DNA of 64,000 nt from Eledone cirrhosa (lineage: Eukaryota), in assembly GCA_964016885.1 (NCBI GenBank), contig OZ024744.1:104346001-104410000 (forward strand). Direction: 5' to 3'. A model generated the notes under the pieces. That model saw only the letters and a program-made list of their open reading frames with translations. It was not told the DNA's origin and searched no databases. Made by a program: the position numbers and the translations under genes. Below, one piece after another: positions 15,088-27,625 of the stretch (the stretch's first letter is position 1; every line of letters starts with the position of its first letter).

Positions 15088-15297
15088 ATAATTGTTTCTG
15101 ATTTAGGCACAAGGTCAACAATTTTGAGGGAGGGTAAAGTTGATTAAATTGGCCCCAGTGTGCTACTGGTACTTTATTTTATTGATACCATAAGGATGAA
15201 AGGCAAAGCTAACCTCGGCAAGATTTGAACTCAGAACGTAAAGGACCAGAAGCATTTTGTCTGACATGCTAACATTTCTGCTAACCCACCACCCTTA
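15088..15297 (-). mobile_element. tRNA-derived SINE family 1 (central GCCTTTCATCCTT.CGGGGTCGATAAAAT motif), diverged copy
   Basis: Homology to many copies in the window; B-box GAGTTCAAAT on the minus strand. Confidence 0.8.
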
Positions 15298-15699
15298 CAT
15301 AGAATAATAGCAGTGCATTTAGCTAACATGGACACCCAGAAGAGACATGGAAATCTTACAAGATGTTAATGAACAAGGAGGAGTGTGTGAACCTCAAATT
15401 TACCAAACAAAGGGACCAATTATATGGTCAATAGTATATGAAGGCAGGGAAAACAGCTAGAGTAAAACAATAGCCACTAAGATAGCAAAGTTGAATACAT
15501 ACATAACAAATTAGAGAGTTCAGGGAGCAGTCATACCTGCTAATCAACAAAGAAATATGATCATCATTTACTACAAATACAAAGTAACTAACAAGGCAGT
15601 AACACAATAAAGTTACAGCACAACTGATTAGAAGGATGAGATGATTCCTGTTTATTATAGTTCTCCAGGTGATAACAGGAGTTTAAGACTGGATAACCA

Positions 15700-16420
15700 G
15701 TTTTATCTGAGTCTGTTGAAAAAATTATAGAAGAAATTCCAAATGTGTAAACAGAAACTAGAATCAAGTGACAGCAAAGACCAAAGTTTTAATTAGCAGC
15801 AAAGAATACAGAAATCTACAACCATCAGTGAAGTAGCCATGTTTAATATGTACAAAAGTAGATAAGAACTCTGGATTCACGAAAGATGTAGTAGGATTGC
15901 TGGAGACTGATAGAAAAGAAAGACTTAATACACAGCCATTGTACAGATACCTCTTTAGAAACAGTCAATAGTTTCTATTATCTAGGTGGCATAATTAACA
16001 GTGGAGACAGGTGTTCTGAGAGCATAGTAACCAGGGTGGAAAGAGCTACTTACTACATTCAAGATTTTTTTCTCTGAGCAAAAAGTGACTGGATGATGCT
16101 TGTGTGTGAAGTATAATGTTTTATAGAGAGACATGATCATTGAATGTAGAGGGTATGTGATTACTGGAAAGAAATAAAGTAAACATGCTCCACTGGATGT
16201 GTAATATTGGTGAACATGGACAAAAAAGCATGGATGAGTGGAGAGAAAATATTGGGTATAAGAGGAATGAGATGTAGTATTTCACTGGTGAGGGACATGT
16301 AAATCTGTGGAGAGTAACAGCTGAGTGCTAGAAGGTCCAAGTGGAAGGACTGTGTGGTAGAGATAGACCAAGGAAGACATGGGCAGTGGTGTTGACCTTC
16401 AGGACAAAGATGGTGACTTC
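15700..16420 (+). mobile_element. Highly decayed RTE LINE 3' fragment
   Basis: Collinear remnants of the RTE C-terminal region seen intact at 49622-50257 (GCSES.V.RV, GRPRKTW-like). Confidence 0.65.
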
Positions 16421-16439
16421 AACAAAAGGCACAATGTTT

Positions 16440-17376
16440 CTGAGGACTGCATTTCAGTCGTAATCATATTCTTTCAGTCATTACCCAAGATTCATGACCA
16501 TAATTAAAGGTTGGCATAAATACCAAATTGAAGATAGATAGTTTGACTTCTACACCTACCTCCCCACCTACTGATGACTGAATGTTGAAGATCCTGCATT
16601 TCTTGCACTTAATTCAGCCTCCTGCTTTCCATCATTTGTGAAAACAACACCCAAGATACTTCAGTGGAATTCGATTAACATGTAGAGCGCACTGAACAGG
16701 CTTCCATGAGAGGATGAGTGTCTCAGTCTTCACAGCACTGATTTTCATTCCAGCCGTTCAGCATTGGGCGACAAACCTATCAAGTGCAAGTTGGAGATCA
16801 TCTTCTGACGAGTTAAGTAACACCATGTCATCTGCAAATTCCAGTCGACTGATCCCTACACCTGCCAGTCGTGATACCACTTCCAGCCTGGCTGTACATG
16901 TCAATTCTGTCTACGAAAATTAAGAACAGGAAAGGTGACAGTATGCACTCTTGGCAGAGTCTGACACCTAAATTGAATGGTTTCAACTTAGCACCATTTA
17001 TCTGAACAGATACTAGGACATTTCTATAGAGACATCAGGGCAACAAGAAGCTGTCCATCAATTCCATATTCCTGCAAAAACTTCCACACCAGGTCCCGTA
17101 GAAGATGGTCATATGCCTTTATGAGGTCAACAAAACAAGAATATACCACCTCTTGGCAATACTCTGATGATTTCTCAAATACTTGTCGCAGTGTGAATAT
17201 TTGGTCATCTGGGGTGAAAACCACACTGTTCGTCAGTTAATTTTGACTTGACAATAGCCCTGCATCTCTTCACTAGACACTTAGCATAGACTTCACTGAG
17301 GGGGCTTATCAATGAGATCTCTCTATAATTGGAACAATCTCTCTTATCTCTCCTTTCGAAAATTGGGATTATCATG
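16440..17376 (-). mobile_element. Decayed RTE-type LINE reverse transcriptase fragment
   Basis: DQIFTLRQVFEK...CFVDLIKAYD, FADDMVLL and YLGVVF motifs, with stops and frameshifts. Confidence 0.8.
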
Positions 17377-17667
17377 GCTTTTTTTTTTTCTTAATGAATT
17401 TACTCACGAGGCAACATTTTGTTATGTTATATATATATCAGATGTTTTAATATTCCCCACCACACACACACACCATCATTAATATCATTGTTTAATGTCT
17501 ATTTTCCACGCATGCATGGGTTAGATGAGTTGTCACATTTTGTGACTAGCAAGGTCAGGTGATCACATCTTCCTCATACAATTCATATTTTGGCTCGGTT
17601 TTCTGCAGCTGGATACCCTTCCTAATTTCAACCACACAAGTGTATACTGGGAGCTTTTTCAGGGCAC

Positions 17668-18579
17668 CACCACTACCACTTTACAAGGTAGACAGTGTTT
17701 TTGTTGTGGCACCAGCCCAACTACCTAACAGGGTAGACTGGGTGCTTTTTGTCGTGACACCAATACATTGTATGTCCATCATCATCATCACTGTTTAACG
17801 TCCATTTTTCCATGCTTGTATGAGTCAGACTGGGCGTCTGTGTCACTACCACTTTACAAGGTAGACAGTGTTTTTGTTGTGGCACCAGCCCAAATACCTA
17901 ACAGGGTAGACTGGGTGCTTTTTGTCGTGACACCAATACATTGTATGTCCATCATCATCATCACTGTTTAACGTCCATTTTTCCATGCTTGTATGAGTCA
18001 GACTGGGCGTCTGTGTCACTACCACTTTACAAGGTAGACAGTGTTTTTGTTGTGGCACCAGCCCAACTACCTAACAGGGTAGACTGGGTGCTTTTTGTCG
18101 TGACACCAATACATTGTATGTCCATCATCATCATCACTGTTTAACGTCCATTTTTCCATGCTTGTATGAGTCAGACTGGGCGTCTGTGTCACTACCACTT
18201 TACAAGGTAGACAGTGTTTTTGTTGTGGCACCAGCCCAACTACCTAACAGGGTAGACTGGGTGCTTTTTGTCGTGACACCAATACATTGTATGTCCATCA
18301 TCATCATCACTGTTTAACGTCCATTTTTCCATGCTTGTATGAGTCAGACTGGGCGTCTGTGTTACTACCACTTTACAAGGTAGACAGTGTTTTTGTTGTG
18401 GCACCAGCCCAACTACCTAACAGGGTAGACTGGGTGCTTTTTGTCGTGACACCAATACATTGTATGTCCATCATCATCATCACTGTTTAACGTCCATTTT
18501 TCCATGCTTGTATGAGTCAGACTGGGCGTCTGTGTCACTACCACTTTACAAGGTAGACAGTGTTTTTGTTGTGGCACCA
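17668..18579. repeat. 173-bp tandem repeat (~5.3 copies) derived from a minus-strand RTE/SINE 3' tail
   Basis: ORFs repeat at 17768/17941/18114/18287/18460; each unit contains (CAT)n-TTTAACGTCC...CCATGC tail sequence. Confidence 0.92.
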
Positions 18580-18692
18580 AATCTGGCCAGGATTGGCCAC
18601 ACCGTACCTTGCTCTGACAGGACTGTAAATTTGGCCGAGGTTTTTTACAGCTGGATGACCTTCCTAACACCAACCACATTTGCACACACAGC

Positions 18693-18724
<32 letters not shown>

Positions 18725-18940
18725 AAACAATTTGCACACAGATACCTACACCTAATTAGAGGCTCTCTGAACCTGACAGAAGAACTCAGCCCATTTATTT
18801 GTTTCAAGAGTTTAACAGAGAATGTCATGACAAGCAACAGTTGGAATGGATGAGAGAATTGTGATAATTAAATATTTATCTATATATGGACAAGTATGGA
18901 GATCTTAAATACCAGGAAAACACTCAAGCTTTATTCCAGA

Positions 18941-19180
18941 GGATCAGACTGATAGATCTCTACCACTGATTGATCTCTACCAATGATTGATCTCTACCAT
19001 TAATTGTACTCTACCAATCAGACTAATTGATCTCTACCAATCACACTGATAGATCTCTACCAATCAGACTGATTGATCTCTACTAATCAGACTAATTGAT
19101 CTCTACCAATCAGACTAATTGATCTCTACCACTGATAGATCACTACCAATCACTGATAGATCTCTACTAATCAGACTGAT
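18941..19180. repeat. ~18-23-bp minisatellite GATTGATCTCTACCAATCAGACT
   Basis: Direct tandem array just beyond the presumed BTBD 3' UTR. Confidence 0.85.
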
Positions 19181-19217
19181 GTCCATAAAAACATATTCAA
19201 ACACTCTTTATGTACTA

Positions 19218-19223
19218 TTTATT
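19218..19223 (-). promoter_or_regulatory. Candidate polyadenylation signal AATAAA of the BTBD gene
   Basis: TTTATT on the plus strand ~360 bp downstream of the stop codon; another candidate at 19549-19554. Confidence 0.35.
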
Positions 19224-19580
19224 GCCAAAATAATTTTATCTCTCCCTGCAAAATAGTTTTTGCGTAATTAAATGGAAAACAAAATTGTCTTGAGCTGTTG
19301 AAAGAAGGAAATTTCATAAAATCGGATGCATCTAAGATATGTTACAAGTATTTAGAAATTTAGATAAATTAACATGTTTTTATTATCACATAGTATTCCT
19401 GATAAAATGACATCAATTAACTAGATGTAAATGGTAAAATGTTATCATTAAAGAACAAAAAGAAAACAGCCAGAAAATGTTTGTCAGGAACCCTAAAACA
19501 CACCTTGATTTAAACATCTCAGCAATTTTTTTTTTTTAAATATAATAATTTATTACTTAAAAACTAATTCAACTACATTT

Positions 19581-20610
19581 TCAATAAAAAATAATTTCTG
19601 GAATTTGTCCTCCTTGCACTCCTGTTCCATTGGTGCTATCTGAAGAACACTGGAACTGGAAAGTCACTTTACCACACTGACATTCAGCCATACCTTCTTG
19701 GCCAAAGTAACTTAGTTCTGCACCATCTAAAATGGCACTGGCTGTGTAAAATGTATCTGCTTCAACCGATATTGGTTTCTCAAACATTACTGAAAATGTA
19801 GAACTAGAGCCATCAGAGAAAAAACTAGTCTGATTTTGTCCCAAAATATTTCCATTTTTCTTCAGTTCTATTTTAACTTGATATTCAGCAGCACCATTAC
19901 TAGAGCCATAAAGACCAAAACCTACAATAAATATTCGTCTATCAACAGAGAACTGAATACTGTCACATCGTCCGCGATAACGCCACTGATTACTTCGATA
20001 TGCTGATGATTGAAAACGTCGGCATTTTTGTGGTTGAAGTCCAGTTCTTTGATTATGAATGAATGGAAGTGAAGGTTTAGTGTGTGCAGTGAAATGTAGG
20101 AAAATGTCTGTGGTTTCCTTTAATGTTATGATTCCAGATTGAGCAGGACCATTAGCAAAATCTTCAAGAGACATTGCAGGTAAACGAATATAATACATAG
20201 CAGACTTTAAAACAGCTCGTTTGTTTTCGGGAGAGGGTTGTAAATCTTGTCGTAAACATTCAGCTTCAGCCCATTTACACGCAGCATTAAAAATTGACAA
20301 CTCCTTAACATTTAAAGTATCTCGTGCCAAAACAGATTGCAGAGTTGAATGATCAATTTCGCAGAAACTTTCTGACTTAAGTGCTTCTTCTGCCTGAGCA
20401 TCAATGACTTCCCAACATCTTTGGGTTAATTCTTCCTCTTCAAAAAACAGACCATGACTAAGTGAAACACAAGCATTTCGGGCACTGAGAGTTGTTCCCA
20501 TATACTGGACACAGGCTTTTGTTAAATATGGTACTAAATACTTCTTTGCTGCATATAAAGTGGACCAGACATTGTCAGCATCAAGCTGGATTTCATCACA
20601 ATAGATATAT
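19581..20610 (-). CDS. BTBD6: BTB/POZ domain-containing protein 3/6-like (lute ortholog), last coding exon: end of BTB, BACK and PHR domains
   Basis: YIYCDEIQLDADNVWSTLYAAKKY...RFQSSAYRSNQWRYRGRCDSIQF...STNGTGVQGGQIPEIIFY* is typical of BTBD3/6; acceptor TTCTCTTCCAG ends at 20611; TGA at 19581-19583. Confidence 0.96.
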
Positions 20611-20753
20611 CTGGAAGAGAACGAAATAATATGAATACATGCTGGCAACTATCCATCGTAGCATTATATAAAGTAATGAAAACTATGAGAATAATCAGGC
20701 TACAGGAAATCAGTATTGTCTATGGAGTATTGAAATGAAATGTCTGTGGTGTA

Positions 20754-20757
<4 letters not shown>

Positions 20758-20836
<79 letters not shown>
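20758..20836. repeat. (GA)n microsatellite in the BTBD intron
   Basis: Direct. Confidence 0.95.
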
Positions 20837-20841
<5 letters not shown>

Positions 20842-21334
20842 AAGGGACAATAATCAATGGTGATATGTTTTGTCGAACTATGTTAGGATGAAATGATAAT
20901 GTCTTTAGAGGTATTAATATTAGCATCTGAAGGTTAGCTACCTTCAAAGATTCAATTTGGTAGCCTCATACACAAACCTTGAGTCTCACTCACTGAAAGG
21001 TTCAATTTGGTAGCCTCATACACAAACCTTGAGTCTCACACACTGAAAGGTTCAATTTCGTAGCCTCATACACACACCTTGTCTTTCATACATTGAAGGT
21101 TAGCTACCATCCAATAAATTTACCACTGAAAGGTTCAGTTTGGCAGTTTCATACAATCCCACAATCCCTTCATCATGTCACCTACAATCACATATTTTCT
21201 AAAGAATGAAATGGTACGACTATTTCAACCAGAAATAAAATTAGACCGTAAAATTCAACTCTCAAGGAATGTAACTCTGATTCACCACTCACTATAAACA
21301 ACTGCCATGCTATGCCATGTGATCATAAAGCACA

Positions 21335-21521
21335 GCTACAGACTTCCCTTCGCAGCTCGAGCTGGTCAAACGGTCACAGGCTTCCCTTCTCAGCTCGAGC
21401 TGGTCAAACGGTCACAGGCTTCCCTTCTCAGCTCAAGCTGGTTAAATGGCCACAGGCTTCCCTTCTCAGCTCAAACTGGTCAAATGGCCACAGGCTTCCC
21501 TTCTCAGCTCAAGCTGGTCAG
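21335..21521. repeat. 39-bp intronic minisatellite CAGGCTTCCCTTCTCAGCTCGAGCTGGTCAAACGGTCA, followed by a CA/TA-rich microsatellite to ~21780
   Basis: Direct tandem array, ~5 copies. Confidence 0.88.
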
Positions 21522-21871
21522 GTTTGACTGAGAAGATAGCATCACAATCTTCCCATTCTGTGGTGGTAAACATACATACATACACACACACATACATACA
21601 TGCACACATATATACATACACACAAACATACATGCACACATATATACATACATAAATGCACACATATAACATGCATACATACATTACATGCATACACACA
21701 CATACACACATACATATGCGTACACACATACACACCCACATACATACATATACATACACACACACACACATATACACACTTTTTTGTTTGTGTAGCAACT
21801 GTGTAAATGTATAGGTGGATGGTTTTATGATATAAATAAGAGACACGGAAGAGATAAATCACTAGAATTAC

Positions 21872-22329
21872 CTGAGTAAGTTTAAGAAAGCATCAGGTTG
21901 GATATCTGTGACATGTATTTCATTGGAATTGGTTTGGTCTGCAAGTGCACCATAGAACATTGCAAAGAATACTGAACTAGCTGTAGCTAATACATATTTG
22001 TGAGCCCAAACAGATGTGGTACCTACAATAAACCGGACATCTGACATCAAAGGGTTATTAAACATTACAGCATTACGTGCCCTAATAGTTGTCATGGAAG
22101 CTTGCCAATTCACTTCTTGACTTGCTTTTGAAGTGGGTAAAGTTTTAGGGGAGGGAGCTCGGTCCTTCCAGTTGGTATCAGAAGTTGATTCCAAATGGAT
22201 TTTTGGAGACTTTGGTATATATTTTTGATGTACATAGTTCTGTGGAACTTCCTGATTTATTTCCTCGTTGTCCTTTATCTGTTTAATGGATGTGCACTGC
22301 CTTCCTTCGGACATTGTCGTTTTATTCAT
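21872..22329 (-). CDS. BTBD6: BTBD3/6-like coding exon: N-terminus and first half of the BTB domain
   Basis: NWQASMTTIRARNAVMFNNPLMSDVRFIVG...AHKYVLATASSVFFAMFYG...DIQPDAFLNLL. Donor AG|GTAATT at 21871 joins in frame (AG+A = Arg) to the next exon. Acceptor TTTCAG ends at 22335, then AATTC-ATG at 22329. The true start may lie in an upstream exon. Confidence 0.92.
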
Positions 22330-22450
22330 GAATTCTGAAACAACAACCAACAGGATATAGTGAAACAACAACAACAATATATAGTATAACAACAACAACA
22401 AAAACAATATATAGTGTAAGAACAACAGTATATAGCGAAAAATATTGTAG

Positions 22451-22654
22451 CCCTTTAGCATTTAAACCGGCCATATCCAGCCAGAATTCTCTCACCTATT
22501 TCTATTCAAACTGGCTGTAACTGGCCACTTATACTGATGTTAAGGTATTGTGCTCAAATAAATAGCATCCTCTTATAGATTCGATATTATGTGAGATAAA
22601 GCCTTTACTGTGAAAATACAATAGTAAATATAGAGTAACGTAAACGCTAAAGGG
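22451..22654. mobile_element. piggyBac-type MITE (CCCTTTAGC...GCTAAAGGG-TTAA)
   Basis: Terminal inverted repeats with TTAA at the right flank; related copy at 25065-25285. Confidence 0.7.
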
Positions 22655-23304
22655 TTAAAGACACATTCCCTTTAAGTGAAATACTGCTTGTAGTAAGATG
22701 GTATTGTAGCCTGCTTGAAATATTCTATAAAGTGTGTTTTATTAGATTTAAAATATATAGTTATTTATCTTAATTATAAGTTGGTTAAACATACAGAAAT
22801 AGAAAGCAGTATTGGAAATAACTATAAATGCCATAAGAGGAAAATGTGGTGAAGAGCAAGGACTACTAGACAAAGGAAGATAGAAAGGAGAGAGGAGAGA
22901 GGGTGACAGACTTTACACCTAGGTTAGAGCAGTGTTTTAGCTGCACCCTGAAGACAAAATAGCAAAGACATTTCTCAGAACAATGGCCAACGACATATAC
23001 TATAACAGCAACCCTACCTTATGGGGTTCTGTCCTCAGATGGGCAGTTATTGATCTGATTTTATGGGTCTGAGGATGCCTGAGTTCTCCACGGTGACCAG
23101 TGCAAAGAGGAAACAGCCAGAGAAGTTCCAGTATTTACTTATCTTCCTGTCCTCTGTAATGCGAGCCATGGTACCAGGGTTTGTGGCTGAGAAGACTAAG
23201 TTGGAGGCAGAGAACTTCTGAATTAGTATCATCCACTCTTCTTTTCATGAATGGATTTTATCCAAAGTAACACCCCAACATCTTTGTGATCATTATTTTT
23301 AACA

Positions 23305-23390
23305 CTTTCATCCTTACGGGGTCGATAAAATAAAGTACCAGTAATGTACTGGGTAATTGCTGGCCTTGTGCCAATAGTAGAAACAATTAT
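23305..23390 (+). mobile_element. SINE family 1, 3' half
   Basis: CTTTCATCCTTACGGGGTCGATAAAAT...GTAGAAACAATT, flanked by a duplicated ATTATTTTTAACACTT. Confidence 0.85.
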
Positions 23391-24029
23391 TTTTAACACT
23401 TAATGCCCCATCAACAATGCTGTAACCTAATAAAACATTATTTACTACACCTTGATATTGCTGTGTTTTTTTAGATTATAAATTTTGAAAATAGACTGGT
23501 TAGACTGTTACTGTTTTTAGTCAGTTGACTAAGGCCATACTGGGGCACTGCCTTAACAGGATTCAGTCAAACATATTGACCCCAGTACTTACATTTTTCA
23601 AGTCTGGTAATTATTTTATTGGTCTCTTTATGCTGAACTGCTAAGGAATGGGATAAATAAACAAATACACACATTGAAGGCAAAATCCTTTGTAGTCCTT
23701 CATATTAATCCAGTTACATGATCCAAGGTGCATGGAATTTCAGGTGCACCAAGAAGGTAAAAAAAATCCAAGTAGTAATAATGATAAAATAAAAAGAAAT
23801 GCCATGTTTTAAAAACAAACCCAAATGTATTTATTTTCTATCTCCTGGAGAAATGTGTAGCCATTAACATTATCTACTGACTTTCTTTCACATCTCAAAA
23901 TCACATCTCAAAATCACCCCAAAAGTGTTTAGGGTAATGGTGGAGTGAACGAAACAACATGCAGAAAAGGGTTTCCATTTCATAGCAACAATACAAACCA
24001 TATACTTTAAGTGTGTCCTGGAAAGAAAG

Positions 24030-24640
24030 GCCAACAGACACAAAAATATTATTCCCAGAGACAGAAAAATCCTATAAGATGGAGAATGATGATCTCGAAT
24101 TGGCTACATATACAACTAAAGAACAAGAAGGAATCCTATTTGAAGTAAGCACTGTTTGAAATTGAAAGTGAACTCAGACTTTCCCATGAAAAGGAAAGGA
24201 CAGAAAGAGAAGCCAGGGCTATAGAAAACATAAAGACAAACCCTAAGCTTTCTTTAAATTTGGAAAAAAGACCATTTCGGAACAGGGCCACTTTTCCAGA
24301 AAAATGGCTCCCTGACTACAGAACCCCAAAGGATAGGTAAGGTACTGAACGAGCAATATAAAAGTGTTTTCACACCCCCAATGAGGCACATGCAAATAAA
24401 TAAGCCAGATGGGTTCTTTAGTACCACTACATTATACTACAGAAATGGCAACAGTCAACTACATAGATACAAAAGAGGAAGATATAATATCAGCCAAAAA
24501 TGAAATGAGGCCAAATTCAGTTGCTGGCCTTGATGGTTTCTCAGTAATTTTAAACACATGTGAACAAACTAAGTAAAAAACACTGCAGATCATCTTCCAA
24601 AGTTCCCTTGCAAGCAGTAAGCTACCTGGGAAGCTAAAAG
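24030..24640 (+). mobile_element. Decayed CR1-like LINE ORF2 fragment (linker before RT)
   Basis: AIENIKTNPK, VLNEQYKSVF and PNSVAGLDGF motifs with frameshifts. Confidence 0.55.
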
Positions 24641-25064
24641 AATAAACACACACACAGACACATATGCACATGAAAATATGTATATATGTATATATATGCA
24701 CATGAATAGCCCTGCCTATGCACTCAAACACTTACATATGCCCACAAACATGAAAAGAAATAGGGTTGATGTTTATATATACCCATCATAACACAAATCA
24801 CAACAAACACTGTATTTTTTGTTGAGTCATCAGTCTGAAGAGCAGAAAAATATTTGAATCAGGTCCATAACTTCTGTAGGTGACCCTGAGTCAATCCTCT
24901 GTGAAACACACGTAACAGGTGAATACACAATAAAAACTAAATACATGTAAACAAAACTTCATCATTTTTCTTAATATATACACTCTACCTGTGTATTGAG
25001 TGCTCATTTTGTTACCACCACTAGTAAACCACCTTGAGTTACTTGAAGAGAAATTGTGATTTAA

Positions 25065-25285
25065 CCCTTTAGTATTTACATTACTCTATATACACTATTG
25101 TATTTTCACAGTAAACACTTTATTTCACATAATTATCTCACATAATATCGAATCTATGAGATTTTGATATTAGTTATTTTGAGAACAATACCTTAACAAA
25201 AGTATGACTGGCTGGTTATGGCCATTTTGAACAGAAAGAGGTGAAAGAATTCTTGCCGAATACGGCCGGTTTAAATGCTAAAGAA
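25065..25285. mobile_element. piggyBac-type MITE with TTAA on both flanks
   Basis: TTAA-CCCTTTAGT...GGCCGGTTTAAATGCTAAAGAA-TTAA; opposite orientation to the 22451 copy. Confidence 0.7.
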
Positions 25286-25435
25286 TTAAACTGAATGCAC
25301 TTATACAGAAAGAAATACAGTGAGGAGATTTTTAAAGGGTAGAAGAAAGATTGCAATTTCATCACAGAGTATAAAACAAACTAAGATGACAGAAAAAATT
25401 CTTACATCATTTTATTTCTACAATTGTTTCAACAC

Positions 25436-25958
25436 AAAGATTTACTTTAAAGTTGGTAAAATGTAATCCATAATAATAATAATAATAATAATTGTTTCTA
25501 CTTTAGGCACAAGGCCAGAAATTACCCAGTACATTACTGGTACTTTATTTTATCGACCCCGAAAGGATGAAAGGCAAAGTTAACCTCGGCGGGATTTGAG
25601 GTTAACTTTGCCTTTCATCCTTTCGGGGTCGATAAAATAAAGTACCAGTAATGTACTGGGTAATTTCTGGCCTTGTGCCAAAAGTAGAAACAATTATTAT
25701 TATTATTATGGATTACATTTAAAAGATTTACTTTAAACTTGGTAAAATGTAATCCATAATAATAATAATAATTGTTTCTACTTTAGGCACAAGGCCAGCA
25801 ATTACCCAGTACATTACTGGTACTATATTTTATCGACCCCGTAAGGATGAAAGGTAAAGTTAACCTCAACGGGATTTGAACTCAGACCGTAAAGGGTCGT
25901 GACTATGCTAGAAAGCATGACGTCCAGCCCTCTACCGATACTGCCAATTCACTGCCCT
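25436..25958. repeat. SINE family 1 fold-back triplication (direct - inverted - direct)
   Basis: Arm 25458-25587, 10-nt spacer, inverted arm 25598-25720, then a direct re-start at 25722 with a full minus-strand SINE. Confidence 0.9.
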
Positions 25959-26095
25959 AATAATAATAATAATAATAATGTTTTCTTTATTAACCACAAG
26001 GGTTTACATAAAGTAGACATTAAGGACAGTACAGGACAATACAGGACGGTACAAATGGGCATTTCTGCGTGTAAAAAAAACAGAGGATGTAATAA

Positions 26096-26129
<34 letters not shown>

Positions 26130-26419
26130 GAAACAAGAGGAATGACATTTTTACTTTACACTAGTTTGTGTCTAAAAGATGTTTGTATCTCCGCAGAAGA
26201 TTAAACATCTATAAAAAAAAAAGTGACTACAGGGAGGAGAATGTGTACATGTTATAAACACACACATATATGTGTGTGTGTGTAATGGGAACACATATAT
26301 ATGGATATATATAATATATATATATATATATATGTGCATAAATATATATATATATGTGTGAGTGTATATGTATATATGAATATGCATGTATGTATGTATA
26401 TAAAGGTATATATATCTAT

Positions 26420-26984
26420 CTAAGGCGGGTAAAATTCCCGAGATCCATGGACGAGTTCTCTCCACCGGTCTCTGTCCCTCATTATCGCTGCCATATCCTG
26501 CATCTCCAACAGACCAGTGTCTGTCCTTAGGGCATCAACATATGTTAACCTTGGTCTTCCTCTTCTAGTGTGTCCATGTAGGGGCTCCCAAAGGAGCACT
26601 GAGTGCAATGTCAACTCTGGATGTCGGTGAGCATGTCCAGCCAACCTCAGTCTTCTCTGTGTCACTATGTATATATACATATATATATATGTATATATAC
26701 ATATATATATATGTATATATATGTATGTATATATATATATATGTATATATATATATGTATATATATGTATGTATATATATATATGTATATATATATCTAT
26801 ATCTATCTATCTAAGGCGGGTAAAATTCCCGAGATCCATGGACGAGTTCTCTCCAGCGGTCTCTGTCCCTCATTATCGCTGCCATATCCTGCATCTCCAA
26901 CAGACCAGTGTCTGTCCTTAGGGCATCAACATATGTTAACCTTGGTCTTCCTCTTCTAGTGTGTCCATGTAGGGGCTCCCAAAG
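26420..26984 (-). mobile_element. Two near-identical 5'-truncated RTE LINE 3' ends (26420-26666 and 26811-26984) with (TA/TAGA)n tails
   Basis: [11 protein letters not shown]...LLWEP...[11 protein letters not shown]...DRDRWR C-terminus. Confidence 0.85.
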
Positions 26985-27002
26985 GTATATATATATATAT
27001 AT

Positions 27003-27418
27003 GAAGTCAAGGGAGAGATGGAAGGAGCAGAGGAAAGAGAGAAGCAAGTCGAGATGTTCTTGGGGTGAGTGTCGTGGCACCGACACTGACATCAATATAA
27101 CGGGTGTATAGTTCAGGGGAAGAGGGGGGAGGGCAGTGTATTGGGCAAAGATTTGGGCCTCAACGTGACCAACGTAAAGGTTGGCATAGTTGGGGCCCAT
27201 TCTTGTACCCATCCATGGCAACCCCAGTGACTTGCTGGTAGAACTCACCCTAGAAAGAGAAGCAGTTGAGGGTGAGGGAGGGCCAGCTTAGCAAGGGCAG
27301 ATAAGGGTGGAGGCAGAGGGGACAGGGGAGGGACGAAGGCCAAGGTAGTGTTGGAGGGCCATTGGTGTGGGAAATGACAGTGTATAGGGATTTTATATCA
27401 AGGATGAAGAGGAGGTGT
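27003..27418 (-). mobile_element. Penelope-like element RT fragment (pseudogenised)
   Basis: LFILDIKSLYTVI and MGTRMGPNYANLYVG motifs characteristic of PLE reverse transcriptases. Confidence 0.8.
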
Positions 27419-27433
27419 AAAGATCTATATATA

Positions 27434-27625
27434 TCATCATCATCATCATCATCATTTTACGTCCACTTTTCCCTGCTTGCAAGGGTGGGACGGGAACTGA
27501 TTCTGGCTTGATCTCTACAGCTGGATGCCCTTCCTAACACCAACCTCATTTACAGTGAGTGCTGGGTGCTTTTTTGCCGTGGCACCTCCACGACCACTTT
27601 GCAGTGGAATGATAGGGACCCCATT
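27434..27625 (-). mobile_element. SINE family 2 3' half with RTE-type tail and (GAT)n
   Basis: Near-identical to the tail half of 58291-58636. Confidence 0.85.

Noticed and set aside
17768-18759. His6-tag-like ORFs (MYVHHHHHC)
   Set aside because: The (CAT)n is the reverse complement of the retroelement (GAT)n tail within a tandem repeat, not vector sequence.
20611-20648. Listed start of the 355-aa ORF
   Set aside because: Intronic read-through; homology begins at the acceptor at 20611.
22335-22461. Hydrophobic N-terminal extension of ORF 21868-22461 as a signal or TM segment
   Set aside because: It lies upstream of a good splice acceptor and is low-complexity TTG/TA intronic repeat.
22930-23232. 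Possible minus-strand RTE 5' region
   Set aside because: Only a vague resemblance, with no second copy in the window to support it.
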